Source: an uncultured Thermodesulfobacteriaceae bacterium
GTDB lineage: Bacteria > Desulfobacterota > Dissulfuribacteria > Dissulfuribacterales > UBA3076
Length of the DNA stretch: 62,576 bases
NCBI GenBank assembly: GCA_964585405.1
Contig: CAZPDU010000240.1
Location: 1 to 62,576, forward strand
Direction of reading: 5' to 3'
A program made the translations under genes and the position numbers. Positions 10,323-19,384 of the stretch are shown here, piece after piece (position 1 is the first letter of the stretch; the number at the start of each line of letters is the position of its first letter). Below the pieces are notes generated by a model. The model saw only the letters and a program-made list of their open reading frames with translations, ran no database searches and was not told the DNA's origin.

Positions 10323-11314
10323 TGAAAGAGGTCTGGGTAAAGGCTGAACCCTGGAACAAAAAGCTGGTTACAACCGCCCTGGAAAGCGGGGCGGATGCAG
10401 TTATGGTGCCTGAAAAATATACGGCCAAGGTAAAAGAGCTTGGAATTATCCGCACTATCTCCAAAGATGGAGATCTTAAATATGGTCGAGATATAGTCGA
10501 ATATGAGATCAAAAGCGGCAAAGATGAAAAAGAAATCGTAAAACTTGCCAAGACCAAAAAGGTTATTGTGAAGACAACTGATTGGACGATTATACCGCTG
10601 GAAAACCTTATTGCGCAGACAGGCAATCTATACGCAGAGGCAAAAACTTTATCTGAGGCAAAGGACTTCCTTTCCATACTCGAAAAAGGCGTGGATGGTG
10701 TACTGGTTGTGACAAATGACATAAATGAATTAAAGAAGATCATCAATGAAGTCAAGAGTGCAGGAGAGACGATCCCCTTGGTTACGGCAAAGATCTTGGG
10801 TGCCAAGTCCCTTGATATGGGAGACAGGGTCTGCGTTGATACGTGTACATCAATGCATATGGGAGAAGGCATGCTCATAGGGAATTCTAGCGCTGCCATG
10901 TTTCTGGTGCACTCTGAAAGCATTGAAAATCCATATGTTGCTCCCCGTCCTTTTCGTGTAAACGCCGGTCCTGTTCATGCATACATACGGGTAAGCGAAG
11001 GCAGAACAAAATATCTGTCTGATCTTAAGGCGGGTAACGATGTGCTTATAGTCGACTTTACTGGAAAGGCCAAAAGGGCCGTTGTGGGAAGGCTGAAAAT
11101 AGAAAAGCGCCCCCTTATGCTGGTCGAGGCGGAAATCGATGGGGCTGTGATATCGACCATTCTTCAAAATGCGGAGACTATCCGCCTCACAAAACCGGAT
11201 GGATCACCGATTTCGATAGTCAGTCTGAAAAAGGGAGACGAGGTTCTTGTGGCCGTTGAAAAAGCTGGAAGACACTTTGGCATGAAGATCGAAGAGACGA
11301 TAGTGGAAAAGTGA
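10322..11314 (+). CDS. aroB': 3-dehydroquinate synthase II (archaeal AroB' type)
   Basis: 330 aa. N-terminus [28 protein letters not shown] resembles MJ1249-type DHQS-II. The start overlaps the aroA' stop (TAATG). Confidence 0.8.
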   Translation: MKEVWVKAEPWNKKLVTTALESGADAVMVPEKYTAKVKELGIIRTISKDGDLKYGRDIVEYEIKSGKDEKEIVKLAKTKKVIVKTTDWTIIPLENLIAQTGNLYAEAKTLSEAKDFLSILEKGVDGVLVVTNDINELKKIINEVKSAGETIPLVTAKILGAKSLDMGDRVCVDTCTSMHMGEGMLIGNSSAAMFLVHSESIENPYVAPRPFRVNAGPVHAYIRVSEGRTKYLSDLKAGNDVLIVDFTGKAKRAVVGRLKIEKRPLMLVEAEIDGAVISTILQNAETIRLTKPDGSPISIVSLKKGDEVLVAVEKAGRHFGMKIEETIVEK

Positions 11315-11426
11315 TAATACATTTTTGTGATGCGAATTTACATCACTGGATATTGTGACAGTTTCCAGCTAAGGCTTTTTGCTCTGTTTGTTGGGAGGCC
11401 TTTTTAAAAAAAGGATTTTTAGATAA

Positions 11427-12206
11427 TCACTCTGTGCGAGTTATGGACTTAACGAAGGCTGTCTCCATAGCCTTTATTCGCTCTTGATATTCCGGTCCGG
11501 AGATTCTGGCTCCTTTTAGGCCTCCTCTGAGGTTTATCTCACCGAAATAAGTGGTACCGTTTTCAGTAACCATTAAATCTATATGGGCATTGGGGAATTT
11601 TCCCCTCTCCATTACATTTCGGCAGAGATCCCACTGCTCAGATGAAAGCGTTTGCTCACCACTGTTCCCACCGCAAAACATGTTATTACGAAATGAGTGG
11701 GGGTTGCTTCGCCAGTACGCCTCAGAATAGTCTCCTATAATAACGACTCTCACATCGATAGTTCCCTCTACAAAGGGTTGTATTACAAAAGGATATTCAA
11801 GAGAGCCAAAACATACCTGATTATAGGCCTCTTCAATTGAAGACCACAGGTGTATACCAAGGCCGCAATTAAAACGGTTTTGTTTAGTTACTACTGATCC
11901 TATTTTTTCTCGCCCATAGATATTTATTTGTTTAATCATGTCATGGCGGTCTCTGGCCACAAAGGTATAAGGTACCATCCACTTTTTGTAGACAAGTGCC
12001 TGCAGACACTTTGATCTGCTGAGTTGCTGCGCTAAAGCTGGCGGAAATAAACGGATACCTCTTTCTACAAGATCAAGAAACAGGACTTGCTCTGTAGGCT
12101 TGATGTTTAATAATCCTACCACTGTGTCTCCAGAACCGAGTTCTGAAAGATGCGTTCTAAAAGAGCAGTTATCTGTGAGGACCAATGGAGGACGGCCGGG
12201 ATTCAA
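11427..12206 (-). CDS. RimK-like ATP-grasp ligase
   Basis: 259 aa. ATP-grasp core YPFVIQPFVEGTIDVRVVIIGD, FRNNMFCGGN and HIDLMVTENGTTYFGEINL. The TTG start overlaps the upstream stop (TTGA), so the exact start is uncertain. Confidence 0.7.
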   Translation of the reverse strand: MNPGRPPLVLTDNCSFRTHLSELGSGDTVVGLLNIKPTEQVLFLDLVERGIRLFPPALAQQLSRSKCLQALVYKKWMVPYTFVARDRHDMIKQINIYGREKIGSVVTKQNRFNCGLGIHLWSSIEEAYNQVCFGSLEYPFVIQPFVEGTIDVRVVIIGDYSEAYWRSNPHSFRNNMFCGGNSGEQTLSSEQWDLCRNVMERGKFPNAHIDLMVTENGTTYFGEINLRGGLKGARISGPEYQERIKAMETAFVKSITRTE

Positions 12207-12502
12207 AAAAGCATCTCCAAGAATCTGTTATGAAATTCGCTTAGATCTGCCTGACACTCCCCGCAGTAAAGTTTCACCTCTCCCAGGATTCTGGAGTCAT
12301 CATTAAGGGGAGTAAAGCTTCCGTCGGCATTTTGTATATATCGCGTGGTAAGTTTGACTTCCTCTGCTATCTGGTAAAAATTCCATTCGTTTCCACAGTG
12401 TGGACAAATTATACGGCGACCAAGATGCGGTTTCATCTGGGTATATTTAGAAACGGCTTTAGCCTTTTGCGTGCGCTTGCTTTTGGAGATAATCGCGGTC
12501 AT
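12203..12502 (-). CDS. small basic zinc-ribbon protein
   Basis: 99 aa with a Lys/Arg-rich N-terminus. Two CxxC pairs (CPHCGNEW ... CGECQ). Its stop overlaps the start of the ATP-grasp gene. Confidence 0.5.
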   Translation of the reverse strand: MTAIISKSKRTQKAKAVSKYTQMKPHLGRRIICPHCGNEWNFYQIAEEVKLTTRYIQNADGSFTPLNDDSRILGEVKLYCGECQADLSEFHNRFLEMLF

Positions 12503-12830
12503 GTTTTATATAGTACTCCTTTATAATGTTCGGTCTGAACATTGATATATATGAGAGATCAATGGCAAATATAACCGGTTTAAGCTCAATTCTGTGAATA
12601 AGTGCCCTTGAGGCGCTAATTCATGTTTAAAAATTATGAGAATGAGGGCCTGACTAAAGATCTTTGATAATATTATCATAATTGTTTAATATAAAGTCCC
12701 GCAAGAGAAAAATCTACTATTTCATTAGTCTCTGCGACACAAATTATTTGCAGTGCCGGTGTATATGACTTAAAGTTCCACAGTTATTTGAATCCAGATA
12801 AAAAATATTATGGGGTGAGGAGGGTCTGGG

Positions 12831-14516
12831 GTGTTTCAGCGTCCATCATATCTATCAAGTATTGAAAAAGAGGCATTAATTTCTCGTTTCTGGGAAAAAG
12901 ATCCATCTATTTGGGCCAGAGACAAGGAAATTCAAGAGCAGATAACAAATCGTCTTGGTTGGCTGAATGTTATTCCAAAAATGCGAGAAGCCCAGGCGGA
13001 GATAGAGGATTTCGCACAAGCTGCGAGACATCGAGGCATTAAACGGATAGTGCTTCTCGGAATGGGGGGATCCAGTCTCTGCCCTCTTATTTTAAGTCAG
13101 ATCTTCGGGTCTAAAGAAGGTTTTCCCCTTTTAAAGGTCCTGGACACGACCGATCCAGATGAGGTAGAGCTTGTTGCCACAAGCGGAGACTGGAAAACAA
13201 CACTCTTTTTAGTGGCGAGCAAATCCGGTACCACGCTGGAACCAAACGCCCTATTTAATTACTTTTGGCCATTGCTTGAAAACGAGTTATCTGATCCTGG
13301 TTCGCATTTTGTGGCGATCACAGACCCGGGAACTCCCTTGGCGGATTTGGGAAATGATCGAGGCTTTTTAAAGGTCTTTCTTAATCCTTCTGATATAGGA
13401 GGAAGATATTCAGCACTTTCTTACTTCGGCCTGGTCCCAGCGGCTTTGATCGGGGTGGATATTGACCGGCTTCTTCAAAGGGCTGAGGATATGGCCAGCA
13501 GGTGTGGTCCGGATATGCCATTGGATACGAATCCAGGCTACAGACTTGGTGAATTCTTGGGAGAATTCGGGGTCCAAAGCAGGGACAAATTGACCATCCT
13601 CACTGATTCAACCATCAAGCCCTTTGGCCTCTGGTTGGAGCAGCTTGTGTCAGAGAGTACCGGTAAAGAGACCAGGGGTCTGGTACCTATTATTGGCGAA
13701 TCCACAGGGATTCCAGGATTTTATGGCGGAGAACGTATTTTTGTTTATCTTAGGATTAAAGGGAGTCCGGCTGAGGATTCTTTGCAAGATTTCGTCTTAG
13801 AGCTCCGTAGGTCTGATTTTCCAGTCTATGAGTTGTGGATAGAAGATTTGTATGACTTGGGAGCCCAGTTTTTCCTCTGGGAAATGGCTACCGCCATGGC
13901 CTCCTATTTTTTGAGTGTTAATCCTTTTGATGAACCGGATGTCCGACTTTCAAAAGAAAAGACCAGGGTGATTCTTGATGTATATCGAGCTGAAGGCAAG
14001 ATGCCTGTAAAATTTTGGGTAGATCCAAATAGTCAGATGCATTTTCGGGCTTCTGAGATGCTGGCCGCGTCCATGAAGAGTCTGCCCAGGGCAATAAGAG
14101 ACATATTTCACGTCTTGCCGACTTGGGGCTATTTGGCATTTCTCCCTTATCTCCCTTATGACCCTGAGATGGAAGACATAATAGGTAAAATGCGCTATCT
14201 TGTGAGAGAGACGAAGGGGTGCGCTACGACCATGGGCTATGGTCCGAGGTATCTCCATTCAACCGGCCAGATTTACAAAGGTGGACCCAGTTCAGCGGCT
14301 TTTTTGATGTTTACTCGAAGAAGGGCAAAGGACTATCCGGAGGTCCCTGATTTAGGTGTTTCGTTCTGGCACATACAGTTTGCCCAGGCAGTTGGAGACT
14401 TCGAGGCCCTTTCAGATGGAAGACTCAGAGCCATTCATGTGCATCTTCCTTCTGATTATCTGGTTGGATTACGGGATTTTAGCAAAGTCCTTTCAAGATC
14501 AATTGGCCTGAGGTAG
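12831..14516 (+). CDS. pgi: glucose-6-phosphate isomerase (long bacterial/archaeal type)
   Basis: 561 aa. SIS motifs LLGMGGSSL and VASKSGTTLEP. GTG start preceded by GAGGAGG. Confidence 0.85.
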   Translation: MFQRPSYLSSIEKEALISRFWEKDPSIWARDKEIQEQITNRLGWLNVIPKMREAQAEIEDFAQAARHRGIKRIVLLGMGGSSLCPLILSQIFGSKEGFPLLKVLDTTDPDEVELVATSGDWKTTLFLVASKSGTTLEPNALFNYFWPLLENELSDPGSHFVAITDPGTPLADLGNDRGFLKVFLNPSDIGGRYSALSYFGLVPAALIGVDIDRLLQRAEDMASRCGPDMPLDTNPGYRLGEFLGEFGVQSRDKLTILTDSTIKPFGLWLEQLVSESTGKETRGLVPIIGESTGIPGFYGGERIFVYLRIKGSPAEDSLQDFVLELRRSDFPVYELWIEDLYDLGAQFFLWEMATAMASYFLSVNPFDEPDVRLSKEKTRVILDVYRAEGKMPVKFWVDPNSQMHFRASEMLAASMKSLPRAIRDIFHVLPTWGYLAFLPYLPYDPEMEDIIGKMRYLVRETKGCATTMGYGPRYLHSTGQIYKGGPSSAAFLMFTRRRAKDYPEVPDLGVSFWHIQFAQAVGDFEALSDGRLRAIHVHLPSDYLVGLRDFSKVLSRSIGLR

Positions 14517-14714
14517 ATATCTGCTTATAGTAAACGCACGTTCATAACAGCCGTTTCACCTCTTCGTGGGATTGGCTCTTTTTTGTCGGGCAGGGGAGAT
14601 TAAATTAAATGCCTATTCTGACCATATTGTCAGAAAAAGTGATTCACTGCTTATAAATGCAAGCAAAGAGGGACTGAAGAATGCCCCTATAGAACACGCT
14701 TAATTACTGATGGT

Positions 14715-15311
14715 TTATTTTTCGATATTTGTGTTGCGGTTGCACCTCAGTATTTCACTTTCCGTTACTATAATGTCCATTCTCTGGTCATGCTTTTGTA
14801 AGGAGATTTCCGGAAGGACCTGAAGGCTGAAGGCAAGTCCTATACGTAGCGCTTGTGGGGCTTCTATAGATAAAAAACGGTCAAAGTATCCTCCTCCATA
14901 TCCTTTTCGGCCGCACTGGCGGTCAAATACGCTGCCCGGAATCACTATCATATCTATTTGAGACGGCCGTATTAACGAGGCCGTCTTTATATCCGGTTCT
15001 AATATACCATAGGCCCCGAGTCTAAGGTCTTTCTCCCAATCTTTTAAGAGAAAAGCCTCTAGCCTCCTGTTTACCACATCTGTCTTAGGTACAGCTACTT
15101 CAAGTCCACTGTTCAGCCTTTCTTTAATGAATTGATGTGTATCCACTTCGCTCCTGAAACTGACATAGATAAGCAGAATTCTGCTGGCATGGTATTCCTC
15201 AAGCCTCTTTAGATTTTCAATAATTATTTTGCTCAGGCAGATTACAGTTGATTGGGGAAGACGGTCCCGTTTGGAAAGAATTTGGCTACGAGAATAATCA
15301 TAAAAAGGCAT
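14715..15311 (-). CDS. 5-formyltetrahydrofolate cyclo-ligase
   Basis: 198 aa with the C-terminal motif GYGGGYFDRFL. Confidence 0.85.
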   Translation of the reverse strand: MPFYDYSRSQILSKRDRLPQSTVICLSKIIIENLKRLEEYHASRILLIYVSFRSEVDTHQFIKERLNSGLEVAVPKTDVVNRRLEAFLLKDWEKDLRLGAYGILEPDIKTASLIRPSQIDMIVIPGSVFDRQCGRKGYGGGYFDRFLSIEAPQALRIGLAFSLQVLPEISLQKHDQRMDIIVTESEILRCNRNTNIEK

Positions 15312-15332
15312 GTATTAAAAAAATTGAACTGA

Positions 15333-15800
15333 CTACTGAGATTGATAAAAGATTCGAATACAGGAGGATTCCCGTACACAGGAATTTTGCCATACAGGCT
15401 TACAGCTCCCGTCTCTTAGCATAATATTTCTGCCCGAGGAGAGAAATTTCAAAGATCTCGCTGACAGACAAAGACATCCGTCTCTGCCAAAAAATTTTGA
15501 TCCCACCACTTCCACGTTTGTTCCATCCTTGAGTTTGAGTCCAATCCGCCTAACAAACCACTGTGGAGCAACGATGACTCTAAAAACCCTTGTTTTACTC
15601 TGAAGAGTGAAGCACTGGAGCTGCATATAGGATCTTGCCGTGCAATGTTTTATGGTTCCCCTGACTACTATCTCTGTATTTTCATCGTAACCGATACTCT
15701 TGGCATGAACAGAGTCGTGATTAGTCAATAATAAAAGGGTAAATAAGATAAAAAACAAATATAAAACAACTTTTGGCTCAAACGCCTTATGGGCATTCAT
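15333..15800 (-). CDS. secreted small protein of the LGPxWY...LRDxxGxPxW family (database names include MamS/MamX-domain protein)
   Basis: 155 aa with an N-terminal signal-like helix. The pattern VAPQWFVRRIGLKLKDGTNVEVVGSKF...IMLRDGSCKPVW fits that family, as far as I remember it. Confidence 0.5.
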   Translation of the reverse strand: MNAHKAFEPKVVLYLFFILFTLLLLTNHDSVHAKSIGYDENTEIVVRGTIKHCTARSYMQLQCFTLQSKTRVFRVIVAPQWFVRRIGLKLKDGTNVEVVGSKFFGRDGCLCLSARSLKFLSSGRNIMLRDGSCKPVWQNSCVRESSCIRIFYQSQ

Positions 15801-15992
15801 GGCTGATAAATGTGTGCCTCCGGTTGAGTTTGGAGAAAAGCTGAAAATATTTCCCCTGGACTAAATTTAGTAGTGTATATATGCATATTGCGTACCTTTT
15901 TAATATTCATACATAAATAGTTAAGCTTAATGAAAATATTTGAAACTTTTTACCATTTCGAAGTATTAGGTCTGGATTACGGCAGATAAGAT

Positions 15993-16025
15993 ATGCAATT
16001 ATTGCAGATTTATGCAATTATTGCG
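15993..16025. promoter_or_regulatory. two tandem 13-bp palindromes (TGCAATTATTGCA, TGCAATTATTGCG), 19 bp apart
   Basis: The direct repeat ATGCAATTATTGC occurs at 15993-16005 and 16012-24. Each copy is itself an inverted repeat TGCAAT-N-ATTGCA. Confidence 0.45.
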
Positions 16026-16033
16026 CCTATGAA

Positions 16034-16050
16034 ATGCATTTTTTGCACCA
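16034..16050 (-). promoter_or_regulatory. sigma54-like promoter upstream of 15333..15800
   Basis: The minus strand reads TGGTGCAAAAAATGCAT. GG and GC are at the canonical -24/-12 spacing. Confidence 0.4.
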
Positions 16051-16214
16051 GCTTTAGGGTTGTTTACTTTCAGTTGTATTATCGGCATTCAGCAATTTCT
16101 GATTCAATGTCTTCAGGGCACCATCTTTTTTAATTTAAGTCTCTGGGATTAATGAATTTGCCAGTAAGCTGATATCTTTGAGTCAAATTCTCGAATTCCT
16201 GGGCTAAAGATTCG

Positions 16215-16260
16215 GTACAGAAAAAAGAAGGCCTGCTTGAAGAATTTCAAGAAGGCCTTC
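16215..16260 (-). terminator. rho-independent terminator
   Basis: The minus strand reads GAAGGCC-UU-CUUGAA-AUUC-UUCAAG-CA-GGCCUUC, giving 7+6 bp of stem, followed by UUUUUU. Confidence 0.75.
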
Positions 16261-16311
16261 GGGGAGAGGAGGGTTGGGAGTAAAATGGATTTTTTGATTA
16301 TTGTTCGTATG
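16215..16311 (-). ncRNA. candidate sigma54-dependent small RNA (about 100 nt)
   Basis: It is bounded by a consensus sigma54 promoter (16323-16339) and the strong terminator. The body contains the unpaired CU-rich tract CUCCCAACCCUCCUCUCCCC (anti-SD-like). The TSS position is only estimated. Confidence 0.35.
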
Positions 16312-16322
16312 TTTTTATATTT

Positions 16323-16339
16323 AAGCAAATAACGTGCCA
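16323..16339 (-). promoter_or_regulatory. consensus sigma54 (-24/-12) promoter
   Basis: The minus strand reads TGGCACGTTATTTGCTT, which matches TGGCACG-N4-TTGCW exactly. It lies immediately after the stop codon of the bEBP gene. Confidence 0.5.
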
Positions 16340-16340
16340 T

Positions 16341-17693
16341 TTATTTTAAGAGACGATATTCCTTTAACTTATATTGAAGTGTTCTAATTGAAATTCCTAA
16401 TATTTTTGCCGCATTGCCTCTATGTCCATCTGTTTCCCGAATGGTCGTCTCAATAGCTTCTTTTTCCAGGTCTCGTATACTGCGAAGCTGTTTAGTGGCA
16501 GACAAAGGGATGTCTTCGATAAAAGGGGTTTTTAACTGCGGCAGTGTCAGCTTGGAGTCCCGGCTTAAAATAATGGCTCGCTCAATAACATTATGTAATT
16601 CCCTCATATTGCCTGGCCATTCGTAAGATTTGATTTGTTTTAAGGAATCATCTGATATTTCCGAGACCTTTTTCCCTACCCTCATTGATATTGATTGTAC
16701 GAGATAATTAGTTAGCTTTTGAATTGCACCAAGGCGCTTTCTCAGGGGAGGAAGATTGACTGGAAAGACATTCAAACGATAGTAAAGGTCTTCTCTAAAG
16801 CGTTTTTCCCGTATACCTGTCATCAGATCCTGGTTGGTAGCAGCAATTATTCTTGCTCTGGTAGTAAGGGTATTGGTGCCGCCAACCCTTTCAAATGTCC
16901 TTTCCTGTAATATTCGCAGAAATTTTGCTTGAGCGGATAAGGGCATTTCCCCTATTTCATCCAGAAATATAGTCCCATTTTGAGCAAGCTCAAATTTGCC
17001 CCTCTTGGTTTTGATCGCTCCGGTAAAAGCGCCTTTTTCGTGTCCGAAGAGTTCGGACTCAATAAGTGTTTCAGGTATTGCAGCACAATTAAGCTCTACA
17101 AATGGACCTTTTCGCTCGCTTAAATGGTGAATAGCCTTGGCTGCGAGGCTTTTCCCTGTACCACTTTCTCCTTGCAGTAATACTGTGGCGTCTGTTTTGG
17201 CTACATGCTGTATTTCTCTCCAGACCTCTTCCATACCCGCGAAAAGTACATCGGTAGGTGGAAGGCCTTCGGCAAGTTGGTCTCTCCATATGGAGTTTGC
17301 CGCCATGAGGGTCTGACGTTCCGATACCCTGGATACTGCTATTCTTAATTCATCCGGATCTTTGAGAGGCTTTATTAGGTAGTCTAAAGCCCCTTTTTTC
17401 ATGGCCTCCACAGCATTTTCCACAGTGGCATAGGCTGTAAGTATTATGAAATCGATTTCCGGTTTTTCCGATCTTACCTTTTTCAAGAGATCGAGACCGC
17501 TTATACCAGGCATTTTGAGATCAGTTATTACAAGGTTGGGAGAAAATTCATCAATGATGCTAAGGGCCTTGATGCCGCTGCTGGCGGATTTAACTTGATA
17601 GCCTGAACGAGTCAGAATCCGGGTAAGAAGAACGGTCAAAGATCTTTCGTCGTCTACTACCAGAATACGAAAATTATTGGGTTCCATAGTCAT
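16341..17693 (-). CDS. sigma54-dependent response regulator (NtrC family bEBP)
   Basis: 450 aa. Receiver domain (VVDDE ... DLKMPG), AAA+ Walker A GESGTGKS, GAFTGA loop and C-terminal HTH. Confidence 0.9.
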   Translation of the reverse strand: MTMEPNNFRILVVDDERSLTVLLTRILTRSGYQVKSASSGIKALSIIDEFSPNLVITDLKMPGISGLDLLKKVRSEKPEIDFIILTAYATVENAVEAMKKGALDYLIKPLKDPDELRIAVSRVSERQTLMAANSIWRDQLAEGLPPTDVLFAGMEEVWREIQHVAKTDATVLLQGESGTGKSLAAKAIHHLSERKGPFVELNCAAIPETLIESELFGHEKGAFTGAIKTKRGKFELAQNGTIFLDEIGEMPLSAQAKFLRILQERTFERVGGTNTLTTRARIIAATNQDLMTGIREKRFREDLYYRLNVFPVNLPPLRKRLGAIQKLTNYLVQSISMRVGKKVSEISDDSLKQIKSYEWPGNMRELHNVIERAIILSRDSKLTLPQLKTPFIEDIPLSATKQLRSIRDLEKEAIETTIRETDGHRGNAAKILGISIRTLQYKLKEYRLLK

Positions 17694-17740
17694 TTTTTTG
17701 TTTCTAATCTAATTATTTAAGCTTATTCTAGCAAGTCATT

Positions 17741-18793
17741 ATGGATTGTCTTTTTCTTATAAATCCCATAGCAGGGGACCGCACAGGTAAAAAAATTGCT
17801 GATAAACTAAGGCGTAGCCTTCATGTACGGGATTTCCGTAATCGTGTTTTTTTTACCGATCCCGAACTGATTGAAACTCAGATACCCTCATTGGCTTCAG
17901 GCCGTGACCTGGTTGTGGTTGCAGGAGGTGATGGCACAGTGTCGGCAATTGCGTGCATACTAGGTACTCTCGACAGGCCACCGCCCCTTGCCGTTTTGCC
18001 TCTTGGTACTGGAAACGATCTGGCTAGAAGCCTGGGTTGGTGGGAAGTATGGAAACATGGCAGCCTTGACTATTTCTGGTCAGGAATTATCGCTGGAAAG
18101 GTTGAAGCGATAGACCTCTGGTCCTGTGAAGAGGATTCCAGATTTATAGGTTATGCGGGTTTTGGCCTTGACGCTAGGATAGTGGCCTCTGTTTCCAGAA
18201 TACGCACGAAAAGTCTATGCCATAATTTGGGGAAGAGAAGTAACCAGTTTCTTTATGTTGCTTTTGGTCTGAAATATATACTTTTACTTATGCTAAAACT
18301 TGGTGCGACCGGGATGGAAGTCTGTTTTTTTGATAAAAAAGGCGATATGAATAAAATCAGGCTGAGAGATCATGCTGCTTTGATCCTTTCCAATATTGAT
18401 CGCTATGCGGGAGGCGGCACTCTTGCTTCTTCATCTTGTTGGAACGATGGAAAACTAGAAGCCTATGTAATTCCAACAGTCAGGGCATATCTGGGACTGC
18501 TATTGAGGGGTCGCGTTGCTTATCTTGCAAATCCCAGGGCCACTTATCAGGCCTGTTCTGTAAAAATCATTGGGAAACAAAATCTTCCTGTACAGCTTGA
18601 CGGTGAATGGATAAAAGAATGCGCGGAAGGTCATGCGATTAAAATAAGACATGTGAGGGCTTTACCAGTACTCGTACCTCCGGCCGACTTTACTGTAAAG
18701 GCAACTATCGGCAGTTGCTGGGCCAAAGGCCCAATCCTAAAAAAGGATACTCCATCGATACTGCCGGATCCTGCTGGAACTAGACGTAATTGA
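17741..18793 (+). CDS. diacylglycerol/lipid kinase family protein (LCB5/YegS-like)
   Basis: 350 aa with motifs AGGDGTVS and LPLGTGNDLARSLG. Confidence 0.8.
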   Translation: MDCLFLINPIAGDRTGKKIADKLRRSLHVRDFRNRVFFTDPELIETQIPSLASGRDLVVVAGGDGTVSAIACILGTLDRPPPLAVLPLGTGNDLARSLGWWEVWKHGSLDYFWSGIIAGKVEAIDLWSCEEDSRFIGYAGFGLDARIVASVSRIRTKSLCHNLGKRSNQFLYVAFGLKYILLLMLKLGATGMEVCFFDKKGDMNKIRLRDHAALILSNIDRYAGGGTLASSSCWNDGKLEAYVIPTVRAYLGLLLRGRVAYLANPRATYQACSVKIIGKQNLPVQLDGEWIKECAEGHAIKIRHVRALPVLVPPADFTVKATIGSCWAKGPILKKDTPSILPDPAGTRRN

Positions 18794-18914
18794 ACTTTTT
18801 GAAAAAAATTTGTCTCAAGCTCAGTTCTGTCCGAAGAGTAAAATAAACAGTCAAAAGAATTTCAACAGGTAATTCTTTTAAAGGTGAACAGATATCTATT
18901 CCGGGAGGATTGTC

Positions 18915-19340
18915 ATGCCTGAAAGACGAAAAATACCGCGTTATCCGGCCAAGTTTCGAGTATATTTCCCAAATTTCAATATATGGGGAAATACTTCCAA
19001 TATCTCATTAGATGGATGTTATGTGGCGGTAGATGTCCCCATGTCTCAAGGGTTCATCACTGACTTGCTGATTGACTTGCCTGTAGTTGGGGTAATCGCT
19101 CTTAAGGGTTATATACAGCATTTAGGAAAGGCGAATTCAGGGGCCGGCCTCCAGTTTGTCCAGGTGAGGTTTGAGTTTGCCCAGTCAGATTACTTCAATT
19201 TATACTCACAATTTTTAAAGACCATATCGCAACTTGAGAAAATAAGAGCAGATTACATGGATCTGGTTCAACAGGATCGGCTGAAACTTTGTACTATGCC
19301 AATTGAGCCGGAAAACGCCGAAACTCCTTCAGGCTCTTGA
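18915..19340 (+). CDS. PilZ domain protein
   Basis: 141 aa with RxxxR (RKIPR) and N-x-S-x-x-G (NISLDG) c-di-GMP-binding motifs. Confidence 0.7.
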   Translation: MPERRKIPRYPAKFRVYFPNFNIWGNTSNISLDGCYVAVDVPMSQGFITDLLIDLPVVGVIALKGYIQHLGKANSGAGLQFVQVRFEFAQSDYFNLYSQFLKTISQLEKIRADYMDLVQQDRLKLCTMPIEPENAETPSGS

Positions 19341-19384
19341 AAGATTCAAGATTTCAGCAAGAGATAAAAGAGTGAGGAAACGAT

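Noticed and set aside
16149-16340. A 63-aa ORF between the bEBP gene and the secreted-protein gene.
   Set aside because: Its ATG is part of the TGGCAC sigma54 box, and the frame reads straight through a strong terminator hairpin and U-run. The translation is Lys/Phe/Leu-rich nonsense. The region is interpreted as non-coding (sRNA candidate).
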